Part shown: piece after piece, positions 10,779-20,666 of the stretch
Layout: each line of letters opens with the position of its first letter
How positions within the stretch are numbered: the stretch's first letter is position 1
IMG/VR virus record: IMGVR_UViG_3300047470_000395
Span: 61,781-125,780 of that record
DNA: 64,000 nt
Direction: 5' to 3' (one strand)
From: a virus
Made by a program: the position numbers and the translations under genes
The notes under the pieces: generated by a model
Told to the model about the DNA's origin: nothing
Seen by the model: the letters and a program-made list of their open reading frames with translations, nothing else
Database searches by the model: none

Positions 10779-11600
10779 ATGAGCAACGCGCAGAACGTCG
10801 CCGCCGAGATCGGATACCTGTCCCGGATGGGCGACGACGCGTTCATGGACACCGCCGTTGCCTACGTCATGGGGGACACCGACCCGCGCGTCCCCCGGGC
10901 CATCCAGGGCGCGGCACTCGGATCGCCTCAGCTCGCACCCCGCACTCTCGACGCCCTCGAGACGGCCCTGCGCCGCGCACGGCAGTACAACCCTCTCCAG
11001 GAGGGCGAGACCAAGCGGCAGCAGCAGGCCCGCATCGCGCCGTGGCGGGCGAGGATCCAGGCCGCGACAGGCCCGCTCCAGGACGTCGTCGACGACCTGG
11101 CCCACGAGCACGCGAAGCAGTTGGCCGCTCTCGACGACGACTCGTTTACCGACCGGTTCACCGACTTCATCCTCGGCGAGCCCGCCCCCGCGCCGACTTC
11201 CCAGCGGATCGAGGCGCTCGGCTTCCGATCACACAGAGTGGCTAAGCGGGCGGCGGAAATCTGCCGCCTGATGAACGAGGACCCGGGCCAGTTCCTGCCC
11301 GAGCCCGCGCCGGACGAGAGCCGCACCGCGCGGCAGAAGCGGGTCGAGGAGTTCCGCCGGCGCGTGGAGGCCGAGGCCGCGTTCCTGCGGTACGGCGCCC
11401 AGTACGCGGAGGCGCGCCAGGGCCGGATGCCTAGCGAACCGAACCACCGGCTGCAGGCGCTCAAGCTCCTCGGCAAGGCCCACCCCCAGGAGCTGCTCGA
11501 GCTCCTCCGCCAGGTCCGCGGCGAGGCCCGCGCCACCAAGCAGGACGCGCGCCGCGATGCCAGGGACAGCCGGCGCGCGGCCCAGTCCGGCGCGCGCTGA
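10779..11600 (+). CDS. Hypothetical helical protein
   Basis: ATG 10779 follows an AGAGCA hairpin and GGAGG; typical codon bias. Confidence 0.7.
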   Translation: MSNAQNVAAEIGYLSRMGDDAFMDTAVAYVMGDTDPRVPRAIQGAALGSPQLAPRTLDALETALRRARQYNPLQEGETKRQQQARIAPWRARIQAATGPLQDVVDDLAHEHAKQLAALDDDSFTDRFTDFILGEPAPAPTSQRIEALGFRSHRVAKRAAEICRLMNEDPGQFLPEPAPDESRTARQKRVEEFRRRVEAEAAFLRYGAQYAEARQGRMPSEPNHRLQALKLLGKAHPQELLELLRQVRGEARATKQDARRDARDSRRAAQSGAR

Positions 11601-12330
11601 GGCGCGCTCCCGGCCGACCGCTCCACTTTCAGGGCGCGCCCGATGGCGCGCCCTTCTCCATGTCCGGGCGCGCTTGGGAACCGCGCCGCGCGCGGGAACG
11701 GCGCGGTCCTCGGCGCGCGCCCGGCCGGTCGGCGCGCGGCGCGCCACCTTCCGCGCCGATAGGCGCGCGTCCTCGAGCAGCCCAGCGGCGCGCCTGATCG
11801 CGCGCCGTTCCAGAGCCCGCGCGGAGCTCTCCCGGGGCCGCGCTCGAGGGGCGCGCCACGGCCAGGCGCGCGGCGCGCCATCGGAAATGTGCAGGTCAGA
11901 GTGGCGCGCCCTGGCGCGCCTGCTGTGGCGCGCGTGCGCGCGGTGTCCATGGCGCGGGCGCGCGGCGCGGCCGGATCGGGCGCGCGCGCGATCGGAGGGT
12001 GGGCGCGCGGCGCGGCGCGGGCCTGGCGCGCGCGCACTGGATCGGCGCGCTTGGGCGCGCGCCTGATGGCGCGCCTGGATCGGCGCGCGGCGCGGTCGGG
12101 ATAGCGCGCGCTCTTTCCCAGGGCGCGCCTGGGCGCGGGTGGATCGGCGCGCTTGGGGAACGGCGCGGGCGCGCCCACCGGCCGCGCCTGGAGGGAGGCG
12201 CGCCATTCCTGGGCGCGCGCTTCGGGGAGGCGCGGCGCGGCGCGCGGGCGCGCCTCGAGGTGATGTGACGTGACGAGAGAGGGGGAGCAGCGCGCACCGT
12301 AGAAGCGCGCCCGAGGGGGCCGGGCGCGCG
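11570..12330. repeat. Non-coding GGCGCG/GCGCGC array
   Basis: About 50 CGCG-core units by manual count between two convergent genes. Confidence 0.85.
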
Positions 12331-12345
12331 TCACGTCACGTCACT

Positions 12346-14067
12346 TCACTGCCCGACGGGCGCGCCCTCGAAGTACGGCGCGAACCGCTTAGCGAGCTTC
12401 GGGTCGACCGGCGGAGCCTTCCGGTAGTAGGCGGCGAGCTCCGTCTCTCCTGCCGCCTCGAGGTACTCGACGAGTGCCGGGCGGTGGCCCAGCACGTAGT
12501 TCCGCAGCTCGGGCAGCTCCGGGTCTCCGAGCTCGGAGACCGGCCCCAGGTGCTCACCCTTAGTCAGCATCAAGAGCCGGGCCTGAACCTCCGCCTCCTC
12601 GTACAGGGCCTTGAATGCGAGCTCCTCGCCCCTGTTTCTCCGGGAGGCCGGGCGCGCGGCGGGGGCGGCCTGGGGCTCCTCGGCCTGGCTGGTCTCCTCC
12701 GGGGACTCGCCGGTCGGGGGCTCCTCGTCCTCCGGGTCCGGCGGCGGGGGCGCGGAGTCGTACTCGGCCGGCGGCTCCGGCTCCTCGTGGGCCTGGTGCT
12801 CGCGGGCCTCCTCCGGCTGGGGGTCCTGCGGGGCCGGGCCCGTGCTCGGTGCCTGCTGGGTCGGCTGGCTCCCCTGCCCGGCGGCGGCCGCCTCCGCCTC
12901 CTTCTTCTTGGCCCGCTCCTTGACTGCGGTCAGGGCGCGGGTGATCAGGGCGTCGGCGTTCATCTCCCCCCACAGCTTCGTGCGGGTGGGAATCCGCTCG
13001 AGGGTCCGCTTGCCCCACGTCTCGCGGATGTCGACCAGGCACGCCTCCGGGTCGGTCTGGTCGTTGAGCGCCTTGTGTACGAGGCTGACGACCTCCTGCC
13101 CGGTGAGCTCGGGCGACTGGGGCGCCTGCTGCTGGGGCTGGGCTCCCTGCTGCTGGGGCTGGTTCTGGCGCTGCTGCTGGTTCTGGCGCTGCTGATTCCC
13201 GCGCTGCTGCTCCTGGCGCTGCTCCTGTGCCTGCTCGGCGAGGTACGCCTCCGGCCGGGCCTCGGTGACCTGCCGGGCCGGGGCAGCGTCTTCGAAGCCC
13301 ATGCGGCGGAGCAGAGCGTCGATGCTGAAATTCTCGAACCGCTCGCTCTGGCCGGGCGTGACCTCCCAGTGCAGGGTGCGGACGCCAGTCAGGTACGCCT
13401 CCCCGAGGGCGTGGAGTTCGACGATGGCGTCGACGGCGCCCGGCAGGTTCTTCTCCGTCTTGATCTTCCGGGTCTTGTCCCGGGTCGGCTTGTCGTTCTC
13501 GAAGGCGGTGACGACTTCCTGGCGGGCGAGTAGGAGGGTCGGGCCGGAGTGCCTGCGGAGGTGCCACAGGATCTCGCCCCACCGGTCCTTCGCCCGGTTC
13601 CACAGGTCGTGTCCGACGGTGACGGGGAGGTCGAGGTTCGGGCTGCGGCGGTGGTTGTCCTTCGCGTTCTTCTCTGCACGCCACCGGGCATACAGGGCCT
13701 GTTCGTCGCTGAGCATGTCCCACAGGACCGTCACGTTGTCGAGCACGATCATGTTCCGCTTGCCTTCGACTGCGGGCGGCTGCGCGACGGCCCAGCGGAC
13801 GGCGTCGAGGATGTCCTGGTAGGTGCCATCGTGGGTCACGATCTCGTAGTTGGCCCCGGGGATCCGGCCGTAGTAGTCGGCCGTGCCCTCGGAGCCGCCG
13901 ATCTCGATCCAGAAGGTCATCCCGACCAACTCGGACGCGGTGCCCTCAGCCGCAAGGCGGCTCTTGCCGGTCTTCTCCGGGCCCGCGAGGAGAATCATCG
14001 GCGGGTTGGGGAGGCAAGTCGGCTTCCGGGACGTGCGTGCGCGCTGAGGCGTAGTGATACCAGGCAT
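12346..14067 (-). CDS. AAA-family ATPase (AAA_24/Sak4-like) with Q- and P/E-rich linkers
   Basis: Walker A GPEKTGKS, Walker B IVLDN; ATG 14067 after SD GAGGA. Confidence 0.75.
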   Translation of the reverse strand: MPGITTPQRARTSRKPTCLPNPPMILLAGPEKTGKSRLAAEGTASELVGMTFWIEIGGSEGTADYYGRIPGANYEIVTHDGTYQDILDAVRWAVAQPPAVEGKRNMIVLDNVTVLWDMLSDEQALYARWRAEKNAKDNHRRSPNLDLPVTVGHDLWNRAKDRWGEILWHLRRHSGPTLLLARQEVVTAFENDKPTRDKTRKIKTEKNLPGAVDAIVELHALGEAYLTGVRTLHWEVTPGQSERFENFSIDALLRRMGFEDAAPARQVTEARPEAYLAEQAQEQRQEQQRGNQQRQNQQQRQNQPQQQGAQPQQQAPQSPELTGQEVVSLVHKALNDQTDPEACLVDIRETWGKRTLERIPTRTKLWGEMNADALITRALTAVKERAKKKEAEAAAAGQGSQPTQQAPSTGPAPQDPQPEEAREHQAHEEPEPPAEYDSAPPPPDPEDEEPPTGESPEETSQAEEPQAAPAARPASRRNRGEELAFKALYEEAEVQARLLMLTKGEHLGPVSELGDPELPELRNYVLGHRPALVEYLEAAGETELAAYYRKAPPVDPKLAKRFAPYFEGAPVGQ

Positions 14068-14186
14068 CTGGGTGTTCCTCGCTTCGTGGTTCCCCGGGTT
14101 GCTCTCCCGCGGAGGATGCAACGGCAGAGGCGTTAACCTCTCGCCGTTGCCATCGGCTTACTATTCTACCCGCCTGGTCGGGTAGA

Positions 14187-14600
14187 TCAATGCCGGTTCT
14201 GCAGATCCGCGACGGGAGTTGCAAGTTCTGGGTCCTGGTCTTCGCGGTGCCGCGCATACCAGGCGTCGAGGTCCTCGAGCCCGTCGGCCGCGGCTGCCTT
14301 CTGCTCCTCGGGCATGGCCTTCCACTCGGCGACTGCGTCCTCGTACTCGCCGCGGACCGTGTCCGGGTCCCGGCGGTTGAGGGCCTCCGTGATCTCCGGC
14401 CATGAGGCGCCGCCCAGGGCCTCGGCGAGGACGGCGCGGTCGACGATCTCATTGGCCAACTGCCGGAGCCGGCGGGCCTGCATGATGCGCTCGGCCGGGC
14501 TGGTGGTCTCGGCAGTGGTCGCGACTGCCTGCCGGGCGAGGTCGGACAGGTCGCGGGCTGCGCGGGCTGTGGTGATCCGGGCCAGGATCTCCGGTTCCAT
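14187..14600 (-). CDS. Hypothetical protein, possible HTH
   Basis: GASWPEITEALNR segment; coding-like composition. Confidence 0.55.
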   Translation of the reverse strand: MEPEILARITTARAARDLSDLARQAVATTAETTSPAERIMQARRLRQLANEIVDRAVLAEALGGASWPEITEALNRRDPDTVRGEYEDAVAEWKAMPEEQKAAAADGLEDLDAWYARHREDQDPELATPVADLQNRH

Positions 14601-14678
14601 GGAAGGGTCCGATCATGCAGGCGGCGGGCACCCCAGGTCGGGGGCCCGCCGCTTCGGTACGGGTAGAGGCAGGATGCC

Positions 14679-15926
14679 TTATACGTTCGCTGTGGTCGCG
14701 AGGTCCTCGACGGTGAAGTTCTCGGGGACGGGCACGCCCTGGTCGCTGAGGCAGGCCGCGTACCGCGTCAGAAGCCGGTTGCGGACCTTGCGGCCGTTCT
14801 GCGGGGTCTGGCAGAGGGTGCGGCCGATCTCGGATCCGGTGAGGTCCCCGCCCTTCCCGAAACGCTCGATCTCTCCGGCCTGGAGGGCGGCCACGACCAC
14901 GTTGTACAGCTCCTCTTCCGTGCTCGGGGCCGTGGTCTCCTCGCCCCTGGGGACGTCGACGGGTGCCGTCTCGGCCCGCGCCGGCTGCTGGGGGACGGTT
15001 GCGGTGACGGTGCGCGGCTTCGGGACCGCGGCCGGGGCAACCGCGGCCGGAGCCGGGGCGGGAGCTGCAGCGGGCGGGAGCGCCGGGGCCGCGGCGGGGG
15101 CCGGAGCCTCGAGCGCCTCGACTTCGACGGTCTCGGCCTGCTCGGCGAAGATGCCCGTGGGGTCGATGCCCGCCGCGCGCAGACCGGCCGCGGCCGTCTC
15201 TGCGAGGGGGACGCCGGCGCTGACGAGCTGCAGCGGGAGCAGTGCAGCCACCGGCGCCTTCCGGCGCCAGGCCCGACCGAACCGGCCGCGGAGCTTCGCC
15301 TGGTAGACGAGTCGCTCCTGCTCGAGCTTGAGGACCGTGTCGTACGAGGTGAGCTCCCACAGCTTCATCCGACGCCAGAGCAGGAACGTGGGGAACGGGG
15401 CCAGGAACCAGCGGGCCCAACGGACCTTGTCCATCTTGCGGCGGCGACCGGTGGCCGCGCCGATCCGCACGGCGTACACATGCGCAGCGATCTCGGAGAC
15501 GCCGACCCACAGCAGGGACATGGCGCCGTGCGCGAGTTTCGACCCGAGGGTGTTGCCGGACGCCACGTTGAGCGCGCACGTGATGAGGCTGAGGACCCAC
15601 GGGACGAGCCGCGCCCACCACAGCCTCATGTCCGTGCGGATCAGCAGGAGGTACGCCCCGGTGAACACGGGGATGGCCGAGTCGATGGCGGTGGGCAGGA
15701 TCCACGGCTCGGTGAAGCCCCACCCCGCGGCCTTGGCGGACACGGAGTCAAACGAGGCGTAGAAGCCGAAGCCACCGACGGCGGCGCCACCGAGAGCGAT
15801 GACGCCAACGGCGAGACGCTCCAGGCCGCTGAGGGGCGGTACGCCGGAGTCGGTGGAGGTCTGCGGATCGGGGTCGGTGGGGGCCTTCAGCTCGTCGCCC
15901 TCGCGGGTGCGGTTGAACAGCTTCAA
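14679..15926 (-). CDS. DUF2637-like membrane protein
   Basis: Four TM segments, LPTAID, RWFLAPFPTFLLWRRMKLW, Ala/Pro linker, C-terminal HTH-like region. Confidence 0.7.
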   Translation of the reverse strand: MKLFNRTREGDELKAPTDPDPQTSTDSGVPPLSGLERLAVGVIALGGAAVGGFGFYASFDSVSAKAAGWGFTEPWILPTAIDSAIPVFTGAYLLLIRTDMRLWWARLVPWVLSLITCALNVASGNTLGSKLAHGAMSLLWVGVSEIAAHVYAVRIGAATGRRRKMDKVRWARWFLAPFPTFLLWRRMKLWELTSYDTVLKLEQERLVYQAKLRGRFGRAWRRKAPVAALLPLQLVSAGVPLAETAAAGLRAAGIDPTGIFAEQAETVEVEALEAPAPAAAPALPPAAAPAPAPAAVAPAAVPKPRTVTATVPQQPARAETAPVDVPRGEETTAPSTEEELYNVVVAALQAGEIERFGKGGDLTGSEIGRTLCQTPQNGRKVRNRLLTRYAACLSDQGVPVPENFTVEDLATTANV

Positions 15927-16076
15927 GACGCCTTTCCTCTCGTTCGGGTCTCCCCGGTCGGCTTATGCTCGTGGCCTTCCGGGTCGACCAAACGATATAG
16001 CGTCTTCCGCCTGTTGTGCCTGAACCAGTTCCCACAGTGCGTCAGGGGCGCGGTCATACCGGTCGATTCAGGGCGG

Positions 16077-16895
16077 TCACCAGTCGAGGGGCTCCGCCGG
16101 CTTCCGTCGGTCCGGGCCGATGACCTTCACCAAGTAGGCGGAGGACTCGAGCCGGGACAGCAACCGCTCCCCCAGGATGTCCACCACGCCCAGACCACCG
16201 CCCGGCTGGCTGCGGCTGCGCACGTTGGTCGTGTACGCCGTGGGCCGGCCGGAGGAGATCCGTGCGTCGATCAGGTCGACGGTCTCCTTCTTCGCGGCTG
16301 GGGTGGCGATCTGGTCCATCTCGCCGCAGAGTTCGTCCAGGATGAGGAAATCGCAGGTGGCGAACCTATGGCGGACCTGGTTCTTGGTCAGGTTGTGAGG
16401 AGCCGAGTCCGGTTGAAGCCACGTCAGGTACTTGGAATGCTTGACGAGCAGGGTCCACAGGCCGCGTTCGGCTGCCTCGTTGCCCAGCGCGAGCGCCCCG
16501 GTGGTCTTCCCGCTGCCGATGGGCCCCGGCATGATCATGTTGATGGTGTCGGGGCGTGCGCCCTGTTTCTTCGCCTCCACCAGAGAGCCGAGCCAGTTCT
16601 CGAGCGTCTTCGGCTTCTGGTTCGGGTCCAGGTCACTGAAGCGGAAACGCAGGTACTCGTCATAGCAGGCGTCAATGACGCTGTTGCGCCACGCGTTCAG
16701 CCGCGCGCGGGCCTGCGGCACTGACACGTCCTCCCAGAGGCCGTCTGTGGGTTCGGGCTGCGGCGGTACGCCGAGCTTCGATATGTCGGCGCCGTTGTTC
16801 TCCAGCACCCGGACGATGTGCTGGCTCAGGTCGCCGAGGGCATTCATCCCACGTGCCGGGGCGGCGTGCGGCGCGGTGTCCGTGGTGACCGACAT
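16077..16895 (-). CDS. DnaC/IstB-like helicase-loader ATPase
   Basis: GPIGSGKT, LILDELCGE, TAYTTN, GERLLSRL, GPDRR. Confidence 0.85.
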   Translation of the reverse strand: MSVTTDTAPHAAPARGMNALGDLSQHIVRVLENNGADISKLGVPPQPEPTDGLWEDVSVPQARARLNAWRNSVIDACYDEYLRFRFSDLDPNQKPKTLENWLGSLVEAKKQGARPDTINMIMPGPIGSGKTTGALALGNEAAERGLWTLLVKHSKYLTWLQPDSAPHNLTKNQVRHRFATCDFLILDELCGEMDQIATPAAKKETVDLIDARISSGRPTAYTTNVRSRSQPGGGLGVVDILGERLLSRLESSAYLVKVIGPDRRKPAEPLDW

Positions 16896-16906
16896 CGGGG
16901 AGCTCC

Positions 16907-17896
16907 TTACGGTCGTGCGATGACGCCGAACGTGGCGCCGTCGGAGTCGTCTACGGGTGCGTCACCGGGGGCATCGGGCTGGGCCTCGCCCTGGGTGCCC
17001 CAGGTCGCCGAGTCGCTGTACGGCACGGCACCGTTGGGCCGGGTCGGGGCGATGTGGTTCGTGACGACGCCCAGGGCGTCCTGCCACTGCTGCGCGCTGG
17101 GCAGGTGCTTGCGCGCCCGCAGGAGAGCGTCCGCACACTGGCGCTGTGTGTACCCGGCCGCGAGGGCGGAGCGGACCTGCCCGCGCATGGCGAGGTATCC
17201 GTTCGTCCTGCCGACGTACTTGCCCAGGTGCTTCTCGGCGTGGTCCCACCACCACTTGGAGACCTTCTCGGCCGCGTCGTCGATGGCCTTCTTCTCCTCG
17301 GCCTTCTTGTCCGCCGCGGCCTTCTTCTCCGCGTCGTCGGCGGCCTTCTGCTCCGGGGTCCGGCGGGTGCGCCGCTTCGGTTCGGCCGGCAGCTCCTCGG
17401 CGGCCGCGGGCTCCCCCTCCGCGGGGGCGGGGGGCTCCTCGTCGTGGGGGTCGGGCTCGAACCCGTCGCTGCCCAGGGTGCCGTCCGGGTACTCGACGAG
17501 GAACGTGCCGTCCTCCTGCTCGATGACGGGGACGGCCGGGTCCTTCTGCGAGCTGAAGATGGCGTGGTCGGCGGCCCACTGCGGGACGGGGTACTCGGCG
17601 ACGGACGTGCCCATCACGACCTTGCCGGTGCGCAGACGGCGGCGCTCGAGGCGGTAATAGCCCTTCGCGGCGAGCTCGCGCAGTGCGGTGCGGACGGCCT
17701 CGCGTCCCTCGCGGCCCTCGCCCTTGGAGAGCTGGTCGGAGCGGACCTGCCACCCCTCCTTCTGGTCCAACAGGTAGGTGAGCAGGCCGAGGGCACGGAA
17801 GCTGATGCTCGTGTCCCGGGCGGTCGTCGACTCGACTCGCACGTGGTAGACGCGCCGGGCGACCCGCACCCCTGTGGGATCGGACAGGCGGCTCAT
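16907..17896 (-). CDS. Phage-type HTH replication initiator
   Basis: ISFRALGLLTYLL…GW…EGREAVRTALRELAAKGY winged helix, directly upstream of the DnaC-like gene. Confidence 0.7.
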   Translation of the reverse strand: MSRLSDPTGVRVARRVYHVRVESTTARDTSISFRALGLLTYLLDQKEGWQVRSDQLSKGEGREGREAVRTALRELAAKGYYRLERRRLRTGKVVMGTSVAEYPVPQWAADHAIFSSQKDPAVPVIEQEDGTFLVEYPDGTLGSDGFEPDPHDEEPPAPAEGEPAAAEELPAEPKRRTRRTPEQKAADDAEKKAAADKKAEEKKAIDDAAEKVSKWWWDHAEKHLGKYVGRTNGYLAMRGQVRSALAAGYTQRQCADALLRARKHLPSAQQWQDALGVVTNHIAPTRPNGAVPYSDSATWGTQGEAQPDAPGDAPVDDSDGATFGVIARP

Positions 17897-18234
17897 GCGG
17901 ATGCCTCGCTGGGGGTGTCGTTGGTCAGGCGGAAGTCGGTGCGCTTGAAGCGGCGGCCGGTCTCGTTGCTCAGGTAGCGGTATCGCCGCTCGGCCATGCC
18001 CGCGTTGCGCAACTCCGTGACGGCGCTGCGGATCTGGTGGGAGTTCAGCCCGAGGCCGGTGTAGATGGACGCGAGGTCGACCCACTCGCCGTCAGGGTGG
18101 AGGGCGAGCTGGAAGAGAACACGGTGCGCACGGTCGGACAGGCGCCGAGTGCGGGTGTGCGTGGTGGTCATGGTGCTGGTCCCTGGGGAGAGGGGTCCGG
18201 CCGTGAGGGGCCGGATCCGGGCGGCTGTCGTCAC
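17893..18234 (-). CDS. Small winged-helix protein
   Basis: LSDRAHRVLFQL…IRSAVTELRNAGM; 4-bp start/stop overlaps on both sides. Confidence 0.65.
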   Translation of the reverse strand: MTTAARIRPLTAGPLSPGTSTMTTTHTRTRRLSDRAHRVLFQLALHPDGEWVDLASIYTGLGLNSHQIRSAVTELRNAGMAERRYRYLSNETGRRFKRTDFRLTNDTPSEASA

Positions 18235-18836
18235 TCGTCGCGCGCGTCAGGCTGCGCCTTGGGCAGCAGCTCCGGCGTCTCCCGCAGTTCGTCGTTGAGG
18301 TCACCGCGCCGGTAGGCGGCCAGCAGGGCGGCCTTGCCTATCGGCTGCTTCTTGAAGGTCTTCCAGGTCCAGGTGACGGTGCCGGTGGGCTTCCCGCCCG
18401 GCACGAACTTGAGACCGGGGATGAGCTCGCCGGACCGCGAGTCGAAGATGGCGCCCGTCTCCGGGTCGCGCTGCGCGTGTTGGAGAACGGCCGTCTCGAA
18501 CGACTTCTTCCGGACGATGACGACGTCGTACTCGCCCTTGTCCTCCGCGTACTCGTCGAATGCGGCTTCGTCGTCGATCTCGAACCGGTCGCGGGTCTTG
18601 TTGACCTTGTAGTGGCCGATCTCTTCGCCGCCGACGGTGATGAAGAGGTCCGACTGCTTCCGCTCGAGGAACGCCTGGACGAGGGGGTCCTTCGGGGCGT
18701 TCACCTTCGGGGCGATCGTCGCCGTCTGGTGTTCGGTCATGGCGCGGGCGAGTGCCCCGATGAGCCCGAGAGTGGTCAGGGACTGCGTAGGGGCCGACTC
18801 TTCGGCCGTGGCGCCGTCGGTGACGTCATGCGACAT
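18231..18836 (-). CDS. Hypothetical phage protein
   Basis: SD GAGGA; first gene of the replication operon. Confidence 0.7.
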   Translation of the reverse strand: MSHDVTDGATAEESAPTQSLTTLGLIGALARAMTEHQTATIAPKVNAPKDPLVQAFLERKQSDLFITVGGEEIGHYKVNKTRDRFEIDDEAAFDEYAEDKGEYDVVIVRKKSFETAVLQHAQRDPETGAIFDSRSGELIPGLKFVPGGKPTGTVTWTWKTFKKQPIGKAALLAAYRRGDLNDELRETPELLPKAQPDARDE

Positions 18837-18984
18837 CTCGGTGTTCCTCTCTTTCCCCGGACGCCTGGCCCAGGGTTCTGGTCCTCCCGGGCTGGTGTTC
18901 GGGGCGCGTCACCTTGGGGTACGTCGCCGGCCGATTTTTGTTACACCTAGGCCCAGGTAGCTGGGTTGCTCTCCCAACTGAGCC

Positions 18985-19004
18985 GAATAGTACACCCAGG
19001 GCAA
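18985..19004 (-). promoter_or_regulatory. Conserved promoter-like box TTGCCCTGGGTGTACTATTC
   Basis: One of 9 copies; upstream of the replication operon. Confidence 0.7.
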
Positions 19005-19266
19005 CGCGATGTGGAGGGCGCGACACAAGCGCCGCGTCCGTCTACGTTCCTCGCGGCTCTGCAGCATCCGGCGACGTCACCGGGAGCTGCGGGGCCCCGG
19101 CTCCGCCCCATCCGGAACGAGGGCGGAACCGGCCCGGCGGCGGGTGAGGGTCGGCCATGACGGCATCGTCCCGCTTGCGAGGCGGGGCGCCGCGGTAGAA
19201 GTCCGCGGGCTCGCAGCCCTCACCCGCTGCCGGACACCGACCGCATGGGAGAGGAACGCACCAGCC

Positions 19267-19899
19267 GTGACCGAGACGATCGCCGCCCCGCGCTACATCG
19301 CCTACGTGCCGCTCACCGACCTGTCCCCCGCGCCCCGAAACCCGAAGCGGCACGAACTCGAGCTCATCATCGCGTCGATCGACATGCACGGCCTGGTCGA
19401 GATACCCGTCGTCGACGAGCGGACCCAGCAGACCCTCCACGGCCACGGCCGCCGCGAGTCCCTGCTGGAGATGCAGAACCGCGGGATGCGCGTCCCGAGC
19501 GGCGTCGTCGTCGACGAAGACGGCGGCTGGCTGGTCCCCATCCTGCGCGGCTGGCACTCGAGGAACGACGCCGAGGCGGAGGCCCTGGCCATCAAACTCA
19601 ACCGGCTGCCCGGCGAGGGCGGATGGGACGCCCGCGAGCTCGCCGAGATCCTCGAGGACCTGGCGACGAACGAGGTCGAGCTGTTCGACTCCCTGGCCAT
19701 CCCGCACGACGAGATCGACAAGATGCTCGGCCAGGTCGACCCGGAGACCCTGCCCGGCGGCGGCCGCGAGGACGAGACGCCCCTGCTCCACCTGCCCGAC
19801 GACGGAGAGCGCGGCGACGGACTCAGCCCCGACGACGAGTGCCGCGCACCGCACACGACGTGCCCGGCCTGCGGGCACCTGTTCACCTCCAGCCGCTGA
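19267..19899 (+). CDS. ParB-like domain protein with C-terminal CxxC
   Basis: LSPAPRNPKRH…PVVDERT…HGHGRR…CPACGH. Confidence 0.75.
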   Translation: MTETIAAPRYIAYVPLTDLSPAPRNPKRHELELIIASIDMHGLVEIPVVDERTQQTLHGHGRRESLLEMQNRGMRVPSGVVVDEDGGWLVPILRGWHSRNDAEAEALAIKLNRLPGEGGWDARELAEILEDLATNEVELFDSLAIPHDEIDKMLGQVDPETLPGGGREDETPLLHLPDDGERGDGLSPDDECRAPHTTCPACGHLFTSSR

Positions 19900-19919
19900 C
19901 CGCCTCCCGAGGAACGCCC

Positions 19920-20564
19920 ATGTCCACCCGACGCAAGGCACGCCGGCCCGAGAGCCGCAGCGGTCGCCCACGCCTGCTCTCCGAAGAGGTGGAGGCCCGT
20001 CTCGTCGCGGCCTCCCGCACGGGCGTTGCCGTCGAGCTGGCCGCCGAGATGGCCGGCATCTCCCGCTCCACGTTCCTGGCGTGGATGGCCCGCGGCCGCG
20101 CCGAGGTCGACGCCCGCGAGGAAGGCCAGAAACCCAACCCGGCCGAAGAGGAGTACGCGGCCCTGTTCGAGAAGGTCCGCACCGCCCGCGCCACCGCGGG
20201 CGCGCGCGCCATGATGAACATTCGCAGGGTCGCGGACGGCGGCATCGTCACCAAGGTCACCACCCGCAAGTTCCGCGACTCCGTCACCGGCGAGATCGTC
20301 GAGGAAACCGTCGAGGACCGCACGCCCCCGGACTGGCGCGCTGACGCCTGGTACCTCGAGCGCCAACACCGCGACGCCTACGGCAAGGACGCGACACTCG
20401 CCCTCGAGATCACCGGCCTCGGCGACGTCCCGGCCGGCGCCGACGAGGGGGCCGTCGACCTGGCCGCGCTCGCCGAGCGCCTGGACCGCACCCTGTTCTC
20501 GGTCAAGTACCCGCCGGAGCTCGAGGACGGCAGCGTCGTCGACGCCGAAGTGGTCGACGAGTGA
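19920..20564 (+). CDS. Terminase small-subunit-like HTH protein
   Basis: GRPRLL…AAEMAGISRSTFLAWMARG…DWRADAWYLER; follows the ParB-like gene. Confidence 0.55.
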   Translation: MSTRRKARRPESRSGRPRLLSEEVEARLVAASRTGVAVELAAEMAGISRSTFLAWMARGRAEVDAREEGQKPNPAEEEYAALFEKVRTARATAGARAMMNIRRVADGGIVTKVTTRKFRDSVTGEIVEETVEDRTPPDWRADAWYLERQHRDAYGKDATLALEITGLGDVPAGADEGAVDLAALAERLDRTLFSVKYPPELEDGSVVDAEVVDE

Positions 20565-20666
20565 CCCCGCAACTGCCCGCGTCGGCCCCGCAAGGCAGCA
20601 CGCGACGTTAACCACCCACGCCATGCACGGTGCCCCCTCCTGATCTCCAGCACCGGAGGGAACACC

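Noticed and set aside
10928-12334. Long Arg/Ala-rich ORFs over the GGCGCG array
   Set aside because: Low-complexity products of stop-poor DNA; no SD or codon bias.
18900-18990. tRNA D-arm-like GCTCAGTTGGGAGAGC on the minus strand
   Set aside because: No T-arm (GGTTCGA), no 7-nt anticodon loop and no acceptor stem; better explained as an AGAGCA hairpin copy.
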